Assembly (NCBI GenBank): GCA_003426165.1
Contig: QUAH01000006.1
Location: 134,685-198,684, forward strand
Origin: Candidatus Saccharicenans subterraneus
GTDB taxonomy: Bacteria; Acidobacteriota; Aminicenantia; Aminicenantales; Saccharicenantaceae
Length of the DNA stretch: 64,000 nt
Direction of reading: 5' to 3'
Of the stretch, positions 21,853 through 33,952 are shown piece by piece; the first letter of the stretch is position 1; the number at the start of each line of letters is the position of its first letter. Both the position numbers and the translations under genes were made by a program. The notes under the pieces are model-generated. The model saw only the letters and a program-made list of their open reading frames with translations. It ran no database searches and was not told the origin of the DNA.

Positions 21853-22215
21853 CTATCTCCCTTTCTTTTCGTCTAAGTAGATTTTGACATGGCTCATTCT
21901 TTTGAGGACCCGGTAAGCCCGGCCCATGGGTGCCGGCCTGATCCTCTTCATGGCCGGGCCCTGGTCTATCTGAACCCGGGCCACGTACAGGTTGTCAACG
22001 TCCACGTTGGGCGACTTCTGCTGGGCATTGGCAATGGCCGAGCGGAGCACCTTTTCCAGAATGGCGCTGATCTTTTTCTTCTCGTTAAATTTAAGGATGG
22101 TCAGGGCCTCGCCGACCAGCCTGTCTCTGATCAGGTCAGCCACCAGACGCCCCTTCTGGGGACTCATCCGCACATAACGGGCAACGGCTTTTGAAAGGTA
22201 TTTTTCTTTTTCCAT
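21853..22215 (-). CDS. rplV: 50S ribosomal protein L22
   Basis: RMSPQK.RLVADLIR, SAIANA, GP.MKR.RP. Confidence 0.97.
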   Translation of the reverse strand: MEKEKYLSKAVARYVRMSPQKGRLVADLIRDRLVGEALTILKFNEKKKISAILEKVLRSAIANAQQKSPNVDVDNLYVARVQIDQGPAMKRIRPAPMGRAYRVLKRMSHVKIYLDEKKGR

Positions 22216-22217
22216 GG

Positions 22218-22508
22218 CTACTTACCCACTTTGAGCTGTCGGGCAGTCTTGGAAGTATGTCCCTTAAAGGTCCTGGTGGGGGCAAACTCGCCCAGCTTGT
22301 GTCCGACCATCTGCTCGGTCACAAAAACCGGGATGAACTTGCGGCCGTTATGGACCCCGAAGGTCAGGCCAACCATCTCGGGAATGATGGTCGAACGGCG
22401 GGACCAGGTCTTAATCACCTGTCTCTTTTCCCGTGCCGACTGAGCGGCCTGCACCTTCTCCAGCAATTTAGGATCAACATAGGGACCTTTCTTAACAGAT
22501 CTGCCCAT
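22218..22508 (-). CDS. rpsS: 30S ribosomal protein S19
   Basis: [24 protein letters not shown]. Confidence 0.98.
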   Translation of the reverse strand: MGRSVKKGPYVDPKLLEKVQAAQSAREKRQVIKTWSRRSTIIPEMVGLTFGVHNGRKFIPVFVTEQMVGHKLGEFAPTRTFKGHTSKTARQLKVGK

Positions 22509-22510
22509 GG

Positions 22511-23338
22511 TTACTTACTCCTTCTCCTGATAATAAAGGCCTGGGTTCTCTTGTTCTTCCTGGTCTTATAACCCTTGGTCGGAATGCCTTCCGGGCTGAC
22601 CGGGTGGCGCCCGCCCTTGGTCCGGCCTTCACCACCGCCGTGGGGGTGGTCAATCGGGTTCATGGCCGTGCCGCGGACATGGGGCCTGATACCCAGCCAC
22701 CTGGTCCGGCCAGCCTTGCCAACACTGATGTTCTGATGGTCCAGGTTGGCCAGCTGCCCGACCGTGGCCCGGCAATCAAGATGAACCTTGCGAATTTCCG
22801 ACGAGGGCAAACGCAGCTGGGCATAACCGCCTTCCTTGCCCAGGATCTGGACGCCCGAACCGGCCGCCCTGGCCAGCTGTCCACCCTTGCCTATCTTCAA
22901 TTCCACGTTGTGAACGATCGTTCCCACCGGGATGTAGCGCAATGGCATGGCATTTCCGGGCAGGATATCAACCTGGGCATTGGCCGAGATTATGGTATCA
23001 CCGACTTTCAGGTTGAGGGGTGTCAGAATATAACGGCGCTCCCCGTCAGCATACTTGACCAGCGAGATAAAGGCTGAACGGTTGGGGTCGTATTCGATGG
23101 TCTCTACCACGCCCGGAACATCGATCTTATCGCGCCTGAAATCGATTATCCGGTACATTCTCTTATGTCCCCCGCCCCGGTGCCTGACCGACAGATGGCC
23201 GCGGTTGTTTCGTCCCCCGCTCTTGGGCAGTGGGACCAGCAACGGCTTGTAGGGCTTATCGGTGGTCAGCTCTTCGTAGGTCAGTCCCGTGCGGTGGCGT
23301 AAGCCTGGAGTTACTGGTTTGTAGACTTTAATACCCAT
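22511..23338 (-). CDS. rplB: 50S ribosomal protein L2
   Basis: [35 protein letters not shown]. Confidence 0.98.
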   Translation of the reverse strand: MGIKVYKPVTPGLRHRTGLTYEELTTDKPYKPLLVPLPKSGGRNNRGHLSVRHRGGGHKRMYRIIDFRRDKIDVPGVVETIEYDPNRSAFISLVKYADGERRYILTPLNLKVGDTIISANAQVDILPGNAMPLRYIPVGTIVHNVELKIGKGGQLARAAGSGVQILGKEGGYAQLRLPSSEIRKVHLDCRATVGQLANLDHQNISVGKAGRTRWLGIRPHVRGTAMNPIDHPHGGGEGRTKGGRHPVSPEGIPTKGYKTRKNKRTQAFIIRRRSK

Positions 23339-23340
23339 GG

Positions 23341-23637
23341 TTATACTGCCTCAAAATATTCGATCATTTTTTCGCCGGGTCTCAGCTTGACATAAGCTTT
23401 CCTTCTGTCCTTGGTCCGACCAAGGGTCCGGCCGAGCCTCTTGGTCTTACCCTGCAGGTTGACGATAGTCACCCTCTCTACCTTGACCTTAAACAGCTCT
23501 TCTACGGCTTTCTTAACCTCGATCTTGTTGGCTTCCGGAGCAACCTCAAAGCAGACTTCACGGTGGGATTCCTTCAACCTGGTGCTCTTTTCGGTGATCA
23601 GCGGCCTCAGGATTATATCTCTCGGGTCTTTGGTCAT
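23341..23637 (-). CDS. rplW: 50S ribosomal protein L23
   Basis: [24 protein letters not shown]. Confidence 0.97.
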   Translation of the reverse strand: MTKDPRDIILRPLITEKSTRLKESHREVCFEVAPEANKIEVKKAVEELFKVKVERVTIVNLQGKTKRLGRTLGRTKDRRKAYVKLRPGEKMIEYFEAV

Positions 23638-24269
23638 TTCAATCTCTCCACCAGGGAATTAAAAGAGCGCTGGCTGAAGACCAGCCAGCGGTACCGCAGG
23701 ACGTCATAGATGTTCAGGTGTTCATCATCCACGGCCTTCACTTCCGGAATATTCCTGACCGACCTGAACAGGTTCTTGTTATCGCGGTCGTCGACGATCA
23801 GAGCCGAATCAATTTTCAGGTTCTTCAGCCACCCGGCGGCTTCCTTGGTCTTGGGTTCGGCGATTCTGATCTCATCGAACACCAGCAGCATGTTCTCGGC
23901 CAGCTTGGCGGTCAGGGCTGATTTCAGGGCATTCTTTCTGGCTTTCTTGGGAATGGCATAGCCATAATCCCTTGGTTTCGGCCCGAAGACTGTTCCGCCG
24001 TGTCTCCAGAGGGGCGACCTGACGCTGCCCACTCTGGCCCGGCCCGTTCCCTTCTGGCGCCAGGGCTTACGACCGCCTCCTGAAACTTCACCCCGGTTCT
24101 TGGTGGAAGCAGTACCCTGCCTCTGGTTGGCCAGATAGTTGACCACCGCCTCGTATATCAGATGGTCTTTAACCGGGTAGGAAAACACTTCTTCTGGCAG
24201 GTTCATTTCCTGCACCGGTTTGCCGTTTTGGTCTAACACTTGTACTTTCATGGCACTCTCTTCACTCAT
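23634..24269 (-). CDS. rplD: 50S ribosomal protein L4
   Basis: [29 protein letters not shown]. Confidence 0.98.
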   Translation of the reverse strand: MSEESAMKVQVLDQNGKPVQEMNLPEEVFSYPVKDHLIYEAVVNYLANQRQGTASTKNRGEVSGGGRKPWRQKGTGRARVGSVRSPLWRHGGTVFGPKPRDYGYAIPKKARKNALKSALTAKLAENMLLVFDEIRIAEPKTKEAAGWLKNLKIDSALIVDDRDNKNLFRSVRNIPEVKAVDDEHLNIYDVLRYRWLVFSQRSFNSLVERLK

Positions 24270-24916
24270 GAGGTCTTGGTTTTGAAGGCGCTCTTCCTGA
24301 CCAGGACAACCCCGCCGCTGGCTCCTGGCACCGCGCCTTCCACCACCAGCAGATTGTTCTCTTTATCGACCTGGATTACCTTCAGGTTACGAACGGTCAC
24401 CCGGTCTCCACCCATCCGGCCACCCATCCTGGTCCCTTTCAAAACGCGCGAGGGAAAGGAGGAAGCCCCGATTGAACCCGGAGCCCGGTGGAACATGGAG
24501 CCGTGAGCGGCATCGCCGCCGGCAAAACCGTGCCTTCTGACTACGCCCTGAAAGCCTTTTCCCTTGCTGAGTCCGATCACGTGGACTTTCTCCCCGACTT
24601 CAAACAGGTCAACCAGGACCTGGTCGCCTTCCTTTATCTCCAGCGGCCCGTGATACTTAACTTCCTTAAGGACCTTTAGCACCGGGCTGCCGGATTTCTG
24701 GAAATGCCCGGCCTCGGGCTTTCTGGTTTTCTTCCTGGGCCTGTCTTCCACCAGCCCCAGCTGCAGTGCTTCATAGCCATCTTTTTCCCTGGTCTTCTTC
24801 TGAATAACGGTACAGGGCCCGGCCTTGATGATGGTCACGGGAATAACGTTGCCCTCTTCATCAAAGACCTGGGTCATGCCAACTTTTCTGCCGATGATAC
24901 CTTCCACCATGGTCAT
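24266..24916 (-). CDS. rplC: 50S ribosomal protein L3
   Basis: [30 protein letters not shown]. Confidence 0.98.
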   Translation of the reverse strand: MTMVEGIIGRKVGMTQVFDEEGNVIPVTIIKAGPCTVIQKKTREKDGYEALQLGLVEDRPRKKTRKPEAGHFQKSGSPVLKVLKEVKYHGPLEIKEGDQVLVDLFEVGEKVHVIGLSKGKGFQGVVRRHGFAGGDAAHGSMFHRAPGSIGASSFPSRVLKGTRMGGRMGGDRVTVRNLKVIQVDKENNLLVVEGAVPGASGGVVLVRKSAFKTKTS

Positions 24917-25230
24917 TCTCCTGCGCCAAAGGCTTTGATTTCCACATCGATGCCGGCAGGCAGGTCGAGCTTCTGCAGTTCTTCAATGGTCTCGTTGCTG
25001 TATTCGCTTATGTCTATCAATCTCTTGTGGATCCTCATTTCGAAATGCTCTCTCGACCTCTTATCGACATGCGGGGAACGAAGAACGCAAAACCGCTGAA
25101 TCCTGGTCGGAAGCGGAATGGGGCCGGAGACCTTGGCTCCGGTCCTTCTGGCCTTGATCACGATGTCCTTTACCGATTGGTCTAAAAGCCGGTGATCGAA
25201 TGATTGCAGTTTAATTCTTATCTTTTCCAT
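24913..25230 (-). CDS. rpsJ: 30S ribosomal protein S10
   Basis: [24 protein letters not shown]. Confidence 0.98.
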   Translation of the reverse strand: MEKIRIKLQSFDHRLLDQSVKDIVIKARRTGAKVSGPIPLPTRIQRFCVLRSPHVDKRSREHFEMRIHKRLIDISEYSNETIEELQKLDLPAGIDVEIKAFGAGE

Positions 25231-25270
25231 GGTCGTTCCTCGTTCTCCATATGATTAACCTTGTCCATTT

Positions 25271-26473
25271 CTATTCCAGGATTTCGGTGACGGTTCCGGC
25301 ACCCACCGTCCGGCCACCCTCGCGGATGGCAAACCGCAGGCCCTTCTCCATGGCCACCGTGGTGATCAGCTCCACTTCCACGTTGGCGTTGTCTCCGGGC
25401 ATCACCATCTCCACCCCAGCCGGCAGCTTCACCGTACCAGTCACGTCCGTCGTCCGAAAGTAAAACTGCGGACGATACCCGGTGAAAAACGGAGTGTGCC
25501 GCCCGCCTTCATCCTTGGTCAGAGCGTAAATCTGCGCCCGGAACTTCTTGTGCGGGGTGATCGAACCAGGCTTGGCCAGGACCTGTCCACGCTCCACCTC
25601 GTCCTTGCCTATACCCCTCAACAGGCAGCCAACGTTGTCTCCCGCCTGCCCCTGGTCCAGGATCTTCCGGAACATCTCCACCCCGGTCACCACCGTCTTC
25701 TTCGTCTCTCCAAACCCTACTATCTCGACCTCGTCTCCTACCTTAACTATCCCTCTCTCCACCCGGCCGGTCACCACCGTGCCACGACCGGTTATCGAAA
25801 AGACGTCCTCGATCGACATCAAAAACGGCTTGTCTATCTCCCGAACCGGCTCCGGAATGAAATCATCCAATGCCTTCATCAGCTCCCAGATCGGCTTGCC
25901 ACCCTCTCCCTCAGGATCCGACAGAGCCTTGGTCGCACTACCACGTATCACCGGAGTCTTGTCCCCAGGAAATTCATACTTGCTCAAAAGCTCCCTGACC
26001 TCCAGCTCCACCAGGTCCAGAATCTCCGGGTCATCCACCAGGTCCACCTTGTTGATGAACACCACAATAGCCGGAACGTCCACCTGGCGGGCCAGCAGAA
26101 TGTGCTCACGAGTCTGTGGCATCGGACCGTCATCGGCCGCCACCACCAGAATCGACCCGTCCATCTGGGCCGCTCCGCTGATCATGTTCTTGATGTAATC
26201 AACGTGTCCAGGACAGTCGATGTGCGCATAGTGCCGCTTGTCCGTCTCGTACTCCACGTGCGACAACGCCACCGTCAAAATCTTGGTCGCATCCCGCCGG
26301 AACATCTTGGCATCAGCCTTGGCCACCTCGTCGTACGGCTTAAACTGCGCCAGTCCCTTGGTCGATAACACCTTCGTGATCGCCGCCGTCAACGTCGTCT
26401 TCCCGTGGTCTATGTGCCCGATCGTCCCTATGTTAACGTGCGGCTTCGTCCTCGCAAATTTTTCCTTGGCCAT
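25271..26473 (-). CDS. tuf: Elongation factor Tu (str-operon copy)
   Basis: [28 protein letters not shown]. Confidence 0.98.
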   Translation of the reverse strand: MAKEKFARTKPHVNIGTIGHIDHGKTTLTAAITKVLSTKGLAQFKPYDEVAKADAKMFRRDATKILTVALSHVEYETDKRHYAHIDCPGHVDYIKNMISGAAQMDGSILVVAADDGPMPQTREHILLARQVDVPAIVVFINKVDLVDDPEILDLVELEVRELLSKYEFPGDKTPVIRGSATKALSDPEGEGGKPIWELMKALDDFIPEPVREIDKPFLMSIEDVFSITGRGTVVTGRVERGIVKVGDEVEIVGFGETKKTVVTGVEMFRKILDQGQAGDNVGCLLRGIGKDEVERGQVLAKPGSITPHKKFRAQIYALTKDEGGRHTPFFTGYRPQFYFRTTDVTGTVKLPAGVEMVMPGDNANVEVELITTVAMEKGLRFAIREGGRTVGAGTVTEILE

Positions 26474-26478
26474 CTCTT

Positions 26479-28581
26479 TTACCTCCTGGCTTCAGTGAAG
26501 GGAATTCTTCCCTCAATCCTGGCAATTATTTCTTCCTGGACGTCGGCCGGCGTCGGGTCGTACCGGAAGAACTCCAGGGAGAAGGAACTGCGTCCCTGGG
26601 TAATGGTTCTCAGGACGGTGGCATAACCGAACATCTCCGACAGGGGAACAAAAGCCCTGATCACCCGGGAGCTACCCTTGAGTTCCATGGCTTCTATGCG
26701 TCCCCTTCTGGCGTTGATGTCCCCGACCAGACCGCCGACATACTCATCCGGGGTTACAATTTCCAGTTTCATTATGGGCTCCAGCAGAACCGGAGCGGCC
26801 TTCTGCCCGGCCTCCTTGAAAGCCAGGGCCGCGGCAATCTTATAGGCTATGGCCACCGAATCCACGTCGTGGTAGCTGCTATCCAGCAGGATGGTTCTGA
26901 CATCCGTAACGGGATAACCGGCCACCAGACCGGCTTCCATGGCCTCACGGATTCCCTTTTCAATTTCCGGGACAAATTCGGCCGGAATGGTCCCGGATTT
27001 GAGTCTATTGACGAATTCAAAGCCCCGGCCCCGGGGCAGAGGTTCTACCTTGATGACACAATGTCCATACTGACCTTTACCGCCGAGCTGGCGGACAAAC
27101 TTGCCCTCGCCCTCGGCTTCCCCGGTAATGGTCTCCTTGTAGGCCACCTGGGGCCGTCCCAGCCTGGCCTGGACTCCGAATTCCCTGACCAGCCGGTCCA
27201 TTATTATTTCCAGGTGAAGCTCGCCCATGCCCCTGACCAGGGTCTGGCCGGTCATGGGGTCCTGGACCACCCTGAAGGTCGGGTCCTCGGACATGAACTT
27301 CTCCAGGGCGCTGAACAGCTTTTGATGGTCAGCCTTGGTCCTGGGCTCGATGGTAGCTGAAACCACCGGCTCGGGAAAGGTGGGTGGCTCCAGCAGGATC
27401 GGCCGGCTCTTCAGGCACAGGGTATCTCCGGTCGACAGAGTTTTCATCCCGCCAAAGGCGGCGATGTCCCCGGCATAGACTTCATTTATCTCCCGGCGCT
27501 TGTTGGAATGCATCTCCAGCAACCTGGTCACCCGCTCTTCCTGGTCCTTGGTGGCGTTATAAACCGAGCTGCCCACCTTCAACTTGCCGGAATAAACGCG
27601 GAAGTAGGCTAGGCTACCCAGGAAGGGGTCGGTCATGATCTTGAAAACCAGGGCACAGAAATGCTCGCTGTCGGAAGCTTTCCTTTCTTCCGGCTGGTTG
27701 GTCCTGGGGTGAAAACCTTTTACCGGCGGGATATCAACCGGCGAGGGCAGATAATCCACTATGGCATCCAGCAGGGGGTGAACCCCCTTGTTCCGGAAGG
27801 AAGCCCCAAACAGCACCGGGTAGAACTTGAGGTCGACCGTGCCCTTCCTGATGGCCCGCCTCATCTCTTCTGGAGAAATCTCCTCGTCTTCGAGGTACTT
27901 CTTCATCAACTCGTCGTCAACCTCGCTCAGGACTTCCAGCAGCTCTTTTCTCCTGAGCTCGACTTCGGCCCGATAAGCCTCTGAGATGGGTCTCTTCTCA
28001 AAATCGGTGCCCAGCAGGTCGCTCTTCCAGACGATCTCCTGCTTCTCCACCAGGTCGATCACACCGACAAACTTGTCTTCTGTCCCGATGGGGATCTGAA
28101 TGGGCAGAGGTCTGGCTCCCAGACGGGTACGCACCTCGTCCACCGCTCTTACTGGGTCAGCACCTAATCTGTCCATTTTGTTCACGTATATAATTCTGGG
28201 GACCCGGTACTTATCGGCCTGTCTCCAGACTGTTTCCGACTGGGACTCCACGCCCCCGACCGCGCAGAGAATAATAATAGCCCCGTCAAGGACTCTCAAC
28301 GACCGCTCGACTTCAGCGGTAAAATCGACGTGTCCCGGGGTGTCGATTATGTTTATCCGGTGGTCTTTCCAGTAGCAGGTGGTGGCGGCGGCGGTTATGG
28401 TAATGCCGCGTTCCTGCTCCTGAACCATCCAGTCCATGACGGCAGTGCCCTCATCGACCTCACCCATCTTGTAAGTGATGCCGGTGAAATACAGAATCCG
28501 TTCCGTGGTTGTAGTCTTCCCCGCATCGATATGAGCCATGAAGCCAATGTTCCTGACTCTTTCGATCGGGCACGACCGCAT
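26479..28581 (-). CDS. fusA: Elongation factor G
   Basis: [35 protein letters not shown]. Confidence 0.98.
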   Translation of the reverse strand: MRSCPIERVRNIGFMAHIDAGKTTTTERILYFTGITYKMGEVDEGTAVMDWMVQEQERGITITAAATTCYWKDHRINIIDTPGHVDFTAEVERSLRVLDGAIIILCAVGGVESQSETVWRQADKYRVPRIIYVNKMDRLGADPVRAVDEVRTRLGARPLPIQIPIGTEDKFVGVIDLVEKQEIVWKSDLLGTDFEKRPISEAYRAEVELRRKELLEVLSEVDDELMKKYLEDEEISPEEMRRAIRKGTVDLKFYPVLFGASFRNKGVHPLLDAIVDYLPSPVDIPPVKGFHPRTNQPEERKASDSEHFCALVFKIMTDPFLGSLAYFRVYSGKLKVGSSVYNATKDQEERVTRLLEMHSNKRREINEVYAGDIAAFGGMKTLSTGDTLCLKSRPILLEPPTFPEPVVSATIEPRTKADHQKLFSALEKFMSEDPTFRVVQDPMTGQTLVRGMGELHLEIIMDRLVREFGVQARLGRPQVAYKETITGEAEGEGKFVRQLGGKGQYGHCVIKVEPLPRGRGFEFVNRLKSGTIPAEFVPEIEKGIREAMEAGLVAGYPVTDVRTILLDSSYHDVDSVAIAYKIAAALAFKEAGQKAAPVLLEPIMKLEIVTPDEYVGGLVGDINARRGRIEAMELKGSSRVIRAFVPLSEMFGYATVLRTITQGRSSFSLEFFRYDPTPADVQEEIIARIEGRIPFTEARR

Positions 28582-28645
28582 GAAATTTTTTCTCCATATA
28601 TAAATAAAAAAATAAAATTTATCAGCTCGGCTGTTCTGTTAATTT

Positions 28646-29116
28646 TTACCATTTATAATGTGCAAAAGCCCGGTTGGCTTCAGCCATTTTATGGGTATCT
28701 TCCCTCTTTTTAACCGCCCCGCCTTTATTGGCCAGGGCATCCAGGATCTCGGCCGCCAGCTTTTCCTGCATGCTCTTGCCGCCGCGCTCCTTGGCATACT
28801 TCACCAGCCAGCGCATTCCCAGGGAGATGGACCTGTGTTCCGGAACTTCCACCGGGACCTGGTAGGTGGCCCCGCCCACCCTTCTGGATTTGGTCTCCAG
28901 GAGGGGCCGGACGTTGTCAATGGCCTTTTCCAGGACCTTGAGCGGGTCATCCTTGGTCCGCTGCTTCAGGAGGTCCAGCGTGCCGTAGATAATATCCTCG
29001 GCCACACTCTTCTTGCCTTTCTTCAGGACCAGGTTTATCAATCTCCCGACCAGGGTCGAATTATACAGTGGGTCCGGTTGCGGCTTCCGCTTTCTGATAA
29101 TTCCACGTCTCGGCAT
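28646..29116 (-). CDS. rpsG: 30S ribosomal protein S7
   Basis: [28 protein letters not shown]. Confidence 0.98.
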   Translation of the reverse strand: MPRRGIIRKRKPQPDPLYNSTLVGRLINLVLKKGKKSVAEDIIYGTLDLLKQRTKDDPLKVLEKAIDNVRPLLETKSRRVGGATYQVPVEVPEHRSISLGMRWLVKYAKERGGKSMQEKLAAEILDALANKGGAVKKREDTHKMAEANRAFAHYKW

Positions 29117-29136
29117 ATCTTTTCTCCTCGCTCAGC

Positions 29137-29529
29137 TTACTTGCCTGGAACCTTTTTCTCCTTGGGCTTCTTGGCCCCGTACCTGGAACGGCCCTGGAAT
29201 CTATTCTGAACACCCTCGGCATCGAGGGTACCGCGGATGATGTGGTACCTGACACCGGGCAGGTCCTTGACCCTTCCACCTCTGATCAGAACAATCGAAT
29301 GCTCCTGCAGGTTGTGGCCGATGCCGGGAATATAAGCAGTCACTTCCACGTTGTTGGTCAACCGGACTCTGGCCACTTTTCTCAAAGCCGAGTTAGGCTT
29401 CTTGGGAGTGGTGGTAAAAACACGGACACAGACTCCTCTCTTCTGAGGACAGGCGTCAAGAGCCGGAGCTTTACTCTTATACTTTTTGGGCATCCTGCCC
29501 TTTCGTACCAGTTGGTTGACAGTTGGCAC
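29137..29529 (-). CDS. rpsL: 30S ribosomal protein S12
   Basis: [22 protein letters not shown]; GTG start. Confidence 0.98.
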   Translation of the reverse strand: MPTVNQLVRKGRMPKKYKSKAPALDACPQKRGVCVRVFTTTPKKPNSALRKVARVRLTNNVEVTAYIPGIGHNLQEHSIVLIRGGRVKDLPGVRYHIIRGTLDAEGVQNRFQGRSRYGAKKPKEKKVPGK

Positions 29530-29604
29530 TTATAAATCTCCTCTAAAAATAGAAAAATATTTATACTATTTTCTCAGGACGAATTTCCCGAGAAATATGC
29601 TTGA

Positions 29605-29633
29605 AGAATAGCAAAAACCGCCTGTCTTGTCAA
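29605..29633 (-). promoter_or_regulatory. sigma70-type promoter of the str operon
   Basis: Minus strand TTGACA-17 nt-TATTCT, about 75 nt upstream of rpsL. Confidence 0.7.
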
Positions 29634-29732
29634 GAAAATAACAGGCTATTTTGCTTTTTTTTACACCGTCCGGGCCTCTTCAGCTCAAGGACCGAGCGGC
29701 AGGCCATCTTAACCCTTTTTCCGGGTCAGGAC

Positions 29733-29771
29733 AGAAGCCAGGGCTGGCTTCCCCTGTTCCCGATAACAGGG
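29733..29771. terminator. Two adjacent hairpins just downstream of rpoC
   Basis: GAAGCCAG-gg-CTGGCTTC followed by CCCTGTT-cccgat-AACAGGG; no strong U-tract. Confidence 0.3.
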
Positions 29772-29803
29772 TGGGCGGAGCTCCAGGTTGGCCTTTAAGA
29801 ACC

Positions 29804-32800
29804 CTAGTTCTCGGCCTGGACTTCCGCTTCTTTTTCCTCAGTTACCGGCATCTCTTCCTTGAGAATAACGTTCCGGTAATACCTGAATCCGGTTCCGGCC
29901 GGGATCAGCCGGCCCATGATGACGTTCTCCTTGATTTTCCTCAGATAATCTACCTTACCGTAAAGGGCAGCCTCGGTCAAGACCCGGGTGGTCTCCTGGA
30001 AGGAAGCCGCGGCAATAAAGCTGTCGGTACTCAGGGCGCTCTTGGTTATTCCCAGAAGCAGCGGACGGGCCTTGGCCGGCTTTCCGCCCTTCTTGAGGAT
30101 CTTTTCGTTTTCTTCCTGGAACTTGAACTTGTCGACCTGCTCGTCCACCAGGAATTCGGTGTCTCCTACCTCTTCAATCTTAACCCAGCGCAGCATCTGC
30201 CTGATGATGATTTCAATATGCTTGTCGTTGATGGTAACGCCCTGCAGGCGGTAAACTTCCTGCACTTCCCTCAACAGGTACTCGGCCAGTTCCTTTTCGC
30301 CCAGGACCTTGAGGATATCATGGGGATTGATCGGCCCATCCATCAGGGGAGTCCCGGCTTTAATCTTCTCACCGTCGGAGACCAACAGGTGAGCACTCTT
30401 GGGAATCAGGTATTCCTTTGAGCCTCCCCTCTCGTTCTTGACAATCAACCGCCGGTGGCCGCGCAGCAGGTCGCCGACCTGGACCACACCGTCAATTTCC
30501 GAAATGACGGCCGGGTTCTTCGGGCGACGGGCTTCGAACAATTCCTCGGCCCGGGGCAGACCGCCCGTAATATCCTTGGTTCTGGCCACTTCCCGCGGGA
30601 TCTTGGCCAGGATGTCGCCGGCAAACACTTCCTCTCCGTCCTTGACTTCCAGGTTGGCGCCCTTGGGCAGGAAATACCTCTTCTTGACCACGGGCTCGCC
30701 CTTGTCGTCCTTCTTTTTCGGATCGACAATCTCAATCATGGGCTGGAGCTTCTCATCCTTGGGCTCCATGACCACCAGGGTTATCAGTCCGGTAAAGTCA
30801 TCCCGGACCTCTTCCATGCTTATTCCAGCGTGCAGGTCCTTGAACCTGACCAGGCCGCCCTCCTCCGTCAGGATGAAGGTGCTGAATGGATCCCACTCGG
30901 CAAATTCCTGCCGGGCCTTGACCTGGTCACCGTCGTTGAGCAGTACCCTGGCCCCGTAAGGAACCTGGTAATGTTCTATTTCCCGACCGCGATGGTCAAG
31001 AATGGCGATGCTGGCATTCCGGTTGACCACCACCAGGCTGCCCTGCCTGTCCTTGACATAGGTCAGGTTGTTGAATTTTATGACGCCGTCATTCTTGGCT
31101 TCCAGGGCTGACTTTTCGGCTCCCCTCATGGCAATGCCGCCCACGTGGAAGGTCCTCATGGTCAGCTGGGTTCCCGGTTCCCCGATCGACTGGGCGGCGA
31201 TGATGCCTACGGCTTCTCCCAGGTCCACCAGGCGTCCGGTGGCCATGTCGCGGCCGTAGCAGAGCTGGCAGACCCCGCGCTTGGATTCGCAGGTCAGGAC
31301 CGACCGGATTTTAACCCTTTCAATACCCAGGTTCTGTATTTTCTCAGCGATGTTTTCGGTGATTTCCTGGTTCATGTCCACGATGAGCTCGCCGCTATCT
31401 GGATGGACTATTCTTTCCAGAGAAATCCGGCCGACGATCCGGTCGATAAAGGGTTCGATGATTTCGCCGTTTTCCACGATGGCACTGACGTTAACGCCTT
31501 TCAGGGTCCCGCAGTCATGCTGGTCCACGATGACTTCCTGGGCCACGTCCACCAGTTTCCTGGTCAGGTAACCGGAATTGGCCGTCTTCAGGGCGGTATC
31601 GGCCAGACCCTTTCTGGCTCCATGAGTTGAGATGAAGTACTGCAGCACGTTGAGGCCTTCCCTCAGGTTAGAGGTGATGGGGGTTTCTATGATTTCGCCC
31701 GAAGGTTTACTCATCAGGCCTCTCATGGCCGCCAGCTGCCTGATCTGCTGCTTGTTGCCACGGGAACCGGAATCGGCCATGACATACAGCGGGTTGAGTT
31801 TCTTTTCCACGAAGCTCACCCGTTTCATGGAATCCATCATGGCGTTGGTTACCTTTTCGGTAACCGAGGTCCAGATTTCTACCACCCGGTTGAACCTTTC
31901 GCCCGAGGAAATCGTTCCCTCGCGGTAGAGCTTTTCTATCTCCTGAACTTCCTTCTCGGCCTTTTTGATTATTTCATTCTTGTCTGCCGGAATCATGAAA
32001 TCTTCGATTCCCAGGGAAAAACCGGCCCGGGTGGCGTAGGTGAAGCCGAGCTCTTTCATCCGGTCCAGCATGGCCGTAGTCTTCTCCAGGCCAGCCTTCA
32101 GGTATACATAGTAAACCAGGCTCTCCAGTCCCTTTTTCTTGAGCATGCCGTTGACAAAGGGTAGCCCTTTAGGTAACACGCTGTTGAAGATGATCCGGCC
32201 CGGGGTGGTCTCGATCAGTTCATTCTTCAGCTGGACCACGGGGCAGCTGACCACCGCCTGGTCATCATAGAAGGTCTTGAGGTTCATGAAAGGACCAGAG
32301 TGGCGCACCTTGATCCGGCTGTGCAGGCTGACCTCCCCGGCTTCGTAGGCCAGGAGGGCTTCATCAAAGGTGGCAAAAATCCGGCCTTCTCCCCTTTCAT
32401 TCTTCTGTTCAAGGGTCAGATAATAGGAGCCAAGCACCATGTCCTGGCTGGGGATGGCCAGCGGCCGTCCGTGGGCCGGGGACAGGATGTTGTTGGCAGC
32501 CAGCATCAGGGTATTGGCCTCGATCTGGGCTTCAACCGATAGCGGCACATGAACCGCCATCTGGTCGCCGTCGAAGTCGGCATTGAAGGCGGCACAGACC
32601 AGGGGGTGAATCTGAATGGCCTTGCCCTCGATCAGTATGGGCTCAAAGGCCTGGATGCCGAGGCGATGGAGGGTGGGAGCGCGGTTGAGGAGGACCGGGT
32701 GTTCCCGGACCACTTCTTCCAGGCAATCCCAGACCTCGGGTCTTTCCTGTTCATGCCATTCCCTGGCTATCTTGATGGAGGGCACCATGCCTTCCTTTTC

Positions 32801-33952
32801 CAGCTTGTGGAAAATAAAGGGCTTGAAGAGCTCCAGGGCCATCTTCTTGGGGAGACCGCACTGGTGCAGTTTCAGTTCCGGTCCGACCACGATCACCGAG
32901 CGCCCGGAGTAATCGACCCTCTTGCCGAGCAGGTTCTGGCGGAACCTTCCCTGCTTGCCGCGGAGGGCTTCGCTCAGAGACTTCAGCGGGCGACGGTTGG
33001 CCCCGAGATGCACCCGGCCGCGGCGGCCGTTATCGAACAGGGCATCGACCGCTTCCTGCAGCATTCTCTTTTCGTTCCTGATGATCAGCTCGGGAGCCTT
33101 GAGCTCGATCAGTTTTTTCAGGCGGTTATTGCGGTTGATGACCCGGCGGTACAGGTCGTTAAGGTCGGAGGTAGCAAAGCGGCCGCCGTCCAGTCGCACT
33201 AGCGGCCTCAGGTCGGGCGGGATGACCGGAATCACATCCAGGATCATCCACTCCGGACGGTTACCGGATTTTTTCAGGCCCTTGAAGACCCTCAACCGCT
33301 TGGCGTAGCGCAACCTCTTCTGCTGGGAATGCTCCTTCTTCATGGCACGGCGGAGCTTCTCGGTTTCCTTGTCGATGTCAATTTTTTCCAGCAGTTTTTT
33401 GATGGACTCGGCGCCCATCCCGACTTCAAACTTGTTCCCCCACTTTTCGCGGGCCTCCCGGTATTCCTCCTCGTTGAGCAGCTGCTTTTCCTTGAGGTTG
33501 GTATCACCGGGGTCGAGCACGATATAGGACTCAAAATAGAGGACCTTTTCCAGTTCTTTGATGGTCATGTCCAGGATCAGGCCGATCCGGCTGGGCGGGC
33601 TCTTGAAAAACCAGATGTGGGCCACGGGGGAGGCCAGCTGGATGTGTCCCATTCTCTCGCGGCGAACCTTGGACTTGGTAACTTCAACCCCGCATCTTTC
33701 GCAGATGATGCCCTTGTACTTCATCCGCTTGTACTTGCCGCACAGACACTCGTAATCGTTGATCGGGCCGAAAATCTTGGCACAGAACAGGCCGTCCTTT
33801 TCTGGCTTGAAAGTCCGGTAGTTGATAGTCTCCGGCTTGGTGACTTCTCCCCAGGACCAGCTCTTTATTTTCTCAGGAGAGGCAATGCTGATTCTGACCC
33901 GGTCGAAATCAATCTTAGGCCTCGGAGTTAAAGCTTGCCTTATCTCCATCAT
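29804..33952 (-). CDS. rpoC: RNA polymerase beta' subunit
   Basis: NADFDGDQM active site, N-terminal Zn finger, [29 protein letters not shown]; start codon could be 33955, 33952 or 33949. Confidence 0.98.
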   Translation of the reverse strand: MMEIRQALTPRPKIDFDRVRISIASPEKIKSWSWGEVTKPETINYRTFKPEKDGLFCAKIFGPINDYECLCGKYKRMKYKGIICERCGVEVTKSKVRRERMGHIQLASPVAHIWFFKSPPSRIGLILDMTIKELEKVLYFESYIVLDPGDTNLKEKQLLNEEEYREAREKWGNKFEVGMGAESIKKLLEKIDIDKETEKLRRAMKKEHSQQKRLRYAKRLRVFKGLKKSGNRPEWMILDVIPVIPPDLRPLVRLDGGRFATSDLNDLYRRVINRNNRLKKLIELKAPELIIRNEKRMLQEAVDALFDNGRRGRVHLGANRRPLKSLSEALRGKQGRFRQNLLGKRVDYSGRSVIVVGPELKLHQCGLPKKMALELFKPFIFHKLEKEGMVPSIKIAREWHEQERPEVWDCLEEVVREHPVLLNRAPTLHRLGIQAFEPILIEGKAIQIHPLVCAAFNADFDGDQMAVHVPLSVEAQIEANTLMLAANNILSPAHGRPLAIPSQDMVLGSYYLTLEQKNERGEGRIFATFDEALLAYEAGEVSLHSRIKVRHSGPFMNLKTFYDDQAVVSCPVVQLKNELIETTPGRIIFNSVLPKGLPFVNGMLKKKGLESLVYYVYLKAGLEKTTAMLDRMKELGFTYATRAGFSLGIEDFMIPADKNEIIKKAEKEVQEIEKLYREGTISSGERFNRVVEIWTSVTEKVTNAMMDSMKRVSFVEKKLNPLYVMADSGSRGNKQQIRQLAAMRGLMSKPSGEIIETPITSNLREGLNVLQYFISTHGARKGLADTALKTANSGYLTRKLVDVAQEVIVDQHDCGTLKGVNVSAIVENGEIIEPFIDRIVGRISLERIVHPDSGELIVDMNQEITENIAEKIQNLGIERVKIRSVLTCESKRGVCQLCYGRDMATGRLVDLGEAVGIIAAQSIGEPGTQLTMRTFHVGGIAMRGAEKSALEAKNDGVIKFNNLTYVKDRQGSLVVVNRNASIAILDHRGREIEHYQVPYGARVLLNDGDQVKARQEFAEWDPFSTFILTEEGGLVRFKDLHAGISMEEVRDDFTGLITLVVMEPKDEKLQPMIEIVDPKKKDDKGEPVVKKRYFLPKGANLEVKDGEEVFAGDILAKIPREVARTKDITGGLPRAEELFEARRPKNPAVISEIDGVVQVGDLLRGHRRLIVKNERGGSKEYLIPKSAHLLVSDGEKIKAGTPLMDGPINPHDILKVLGEKELAEYLLREVQEVYRLQGVTINDKHIEIIIRQMLRWVKIEEVGDTEFLVDEQVDKFKFQEENEKILKKGGKPAKARPLLLGITKSALSTDSFIAAASFQETTRVLTEAALYGKVDYLRKIKENVIMGRLIPAGTGFRYYRNVILKEEMPVTEEKEAEVQAEN

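Noticed and set aside
29651-29803. Small ORF or ncRNA in the rpoC-rpsL intergenic region
   Set aside because: Only short hairpins and a promoter are visible; no recognisable RNA family or RBS-supported ORF
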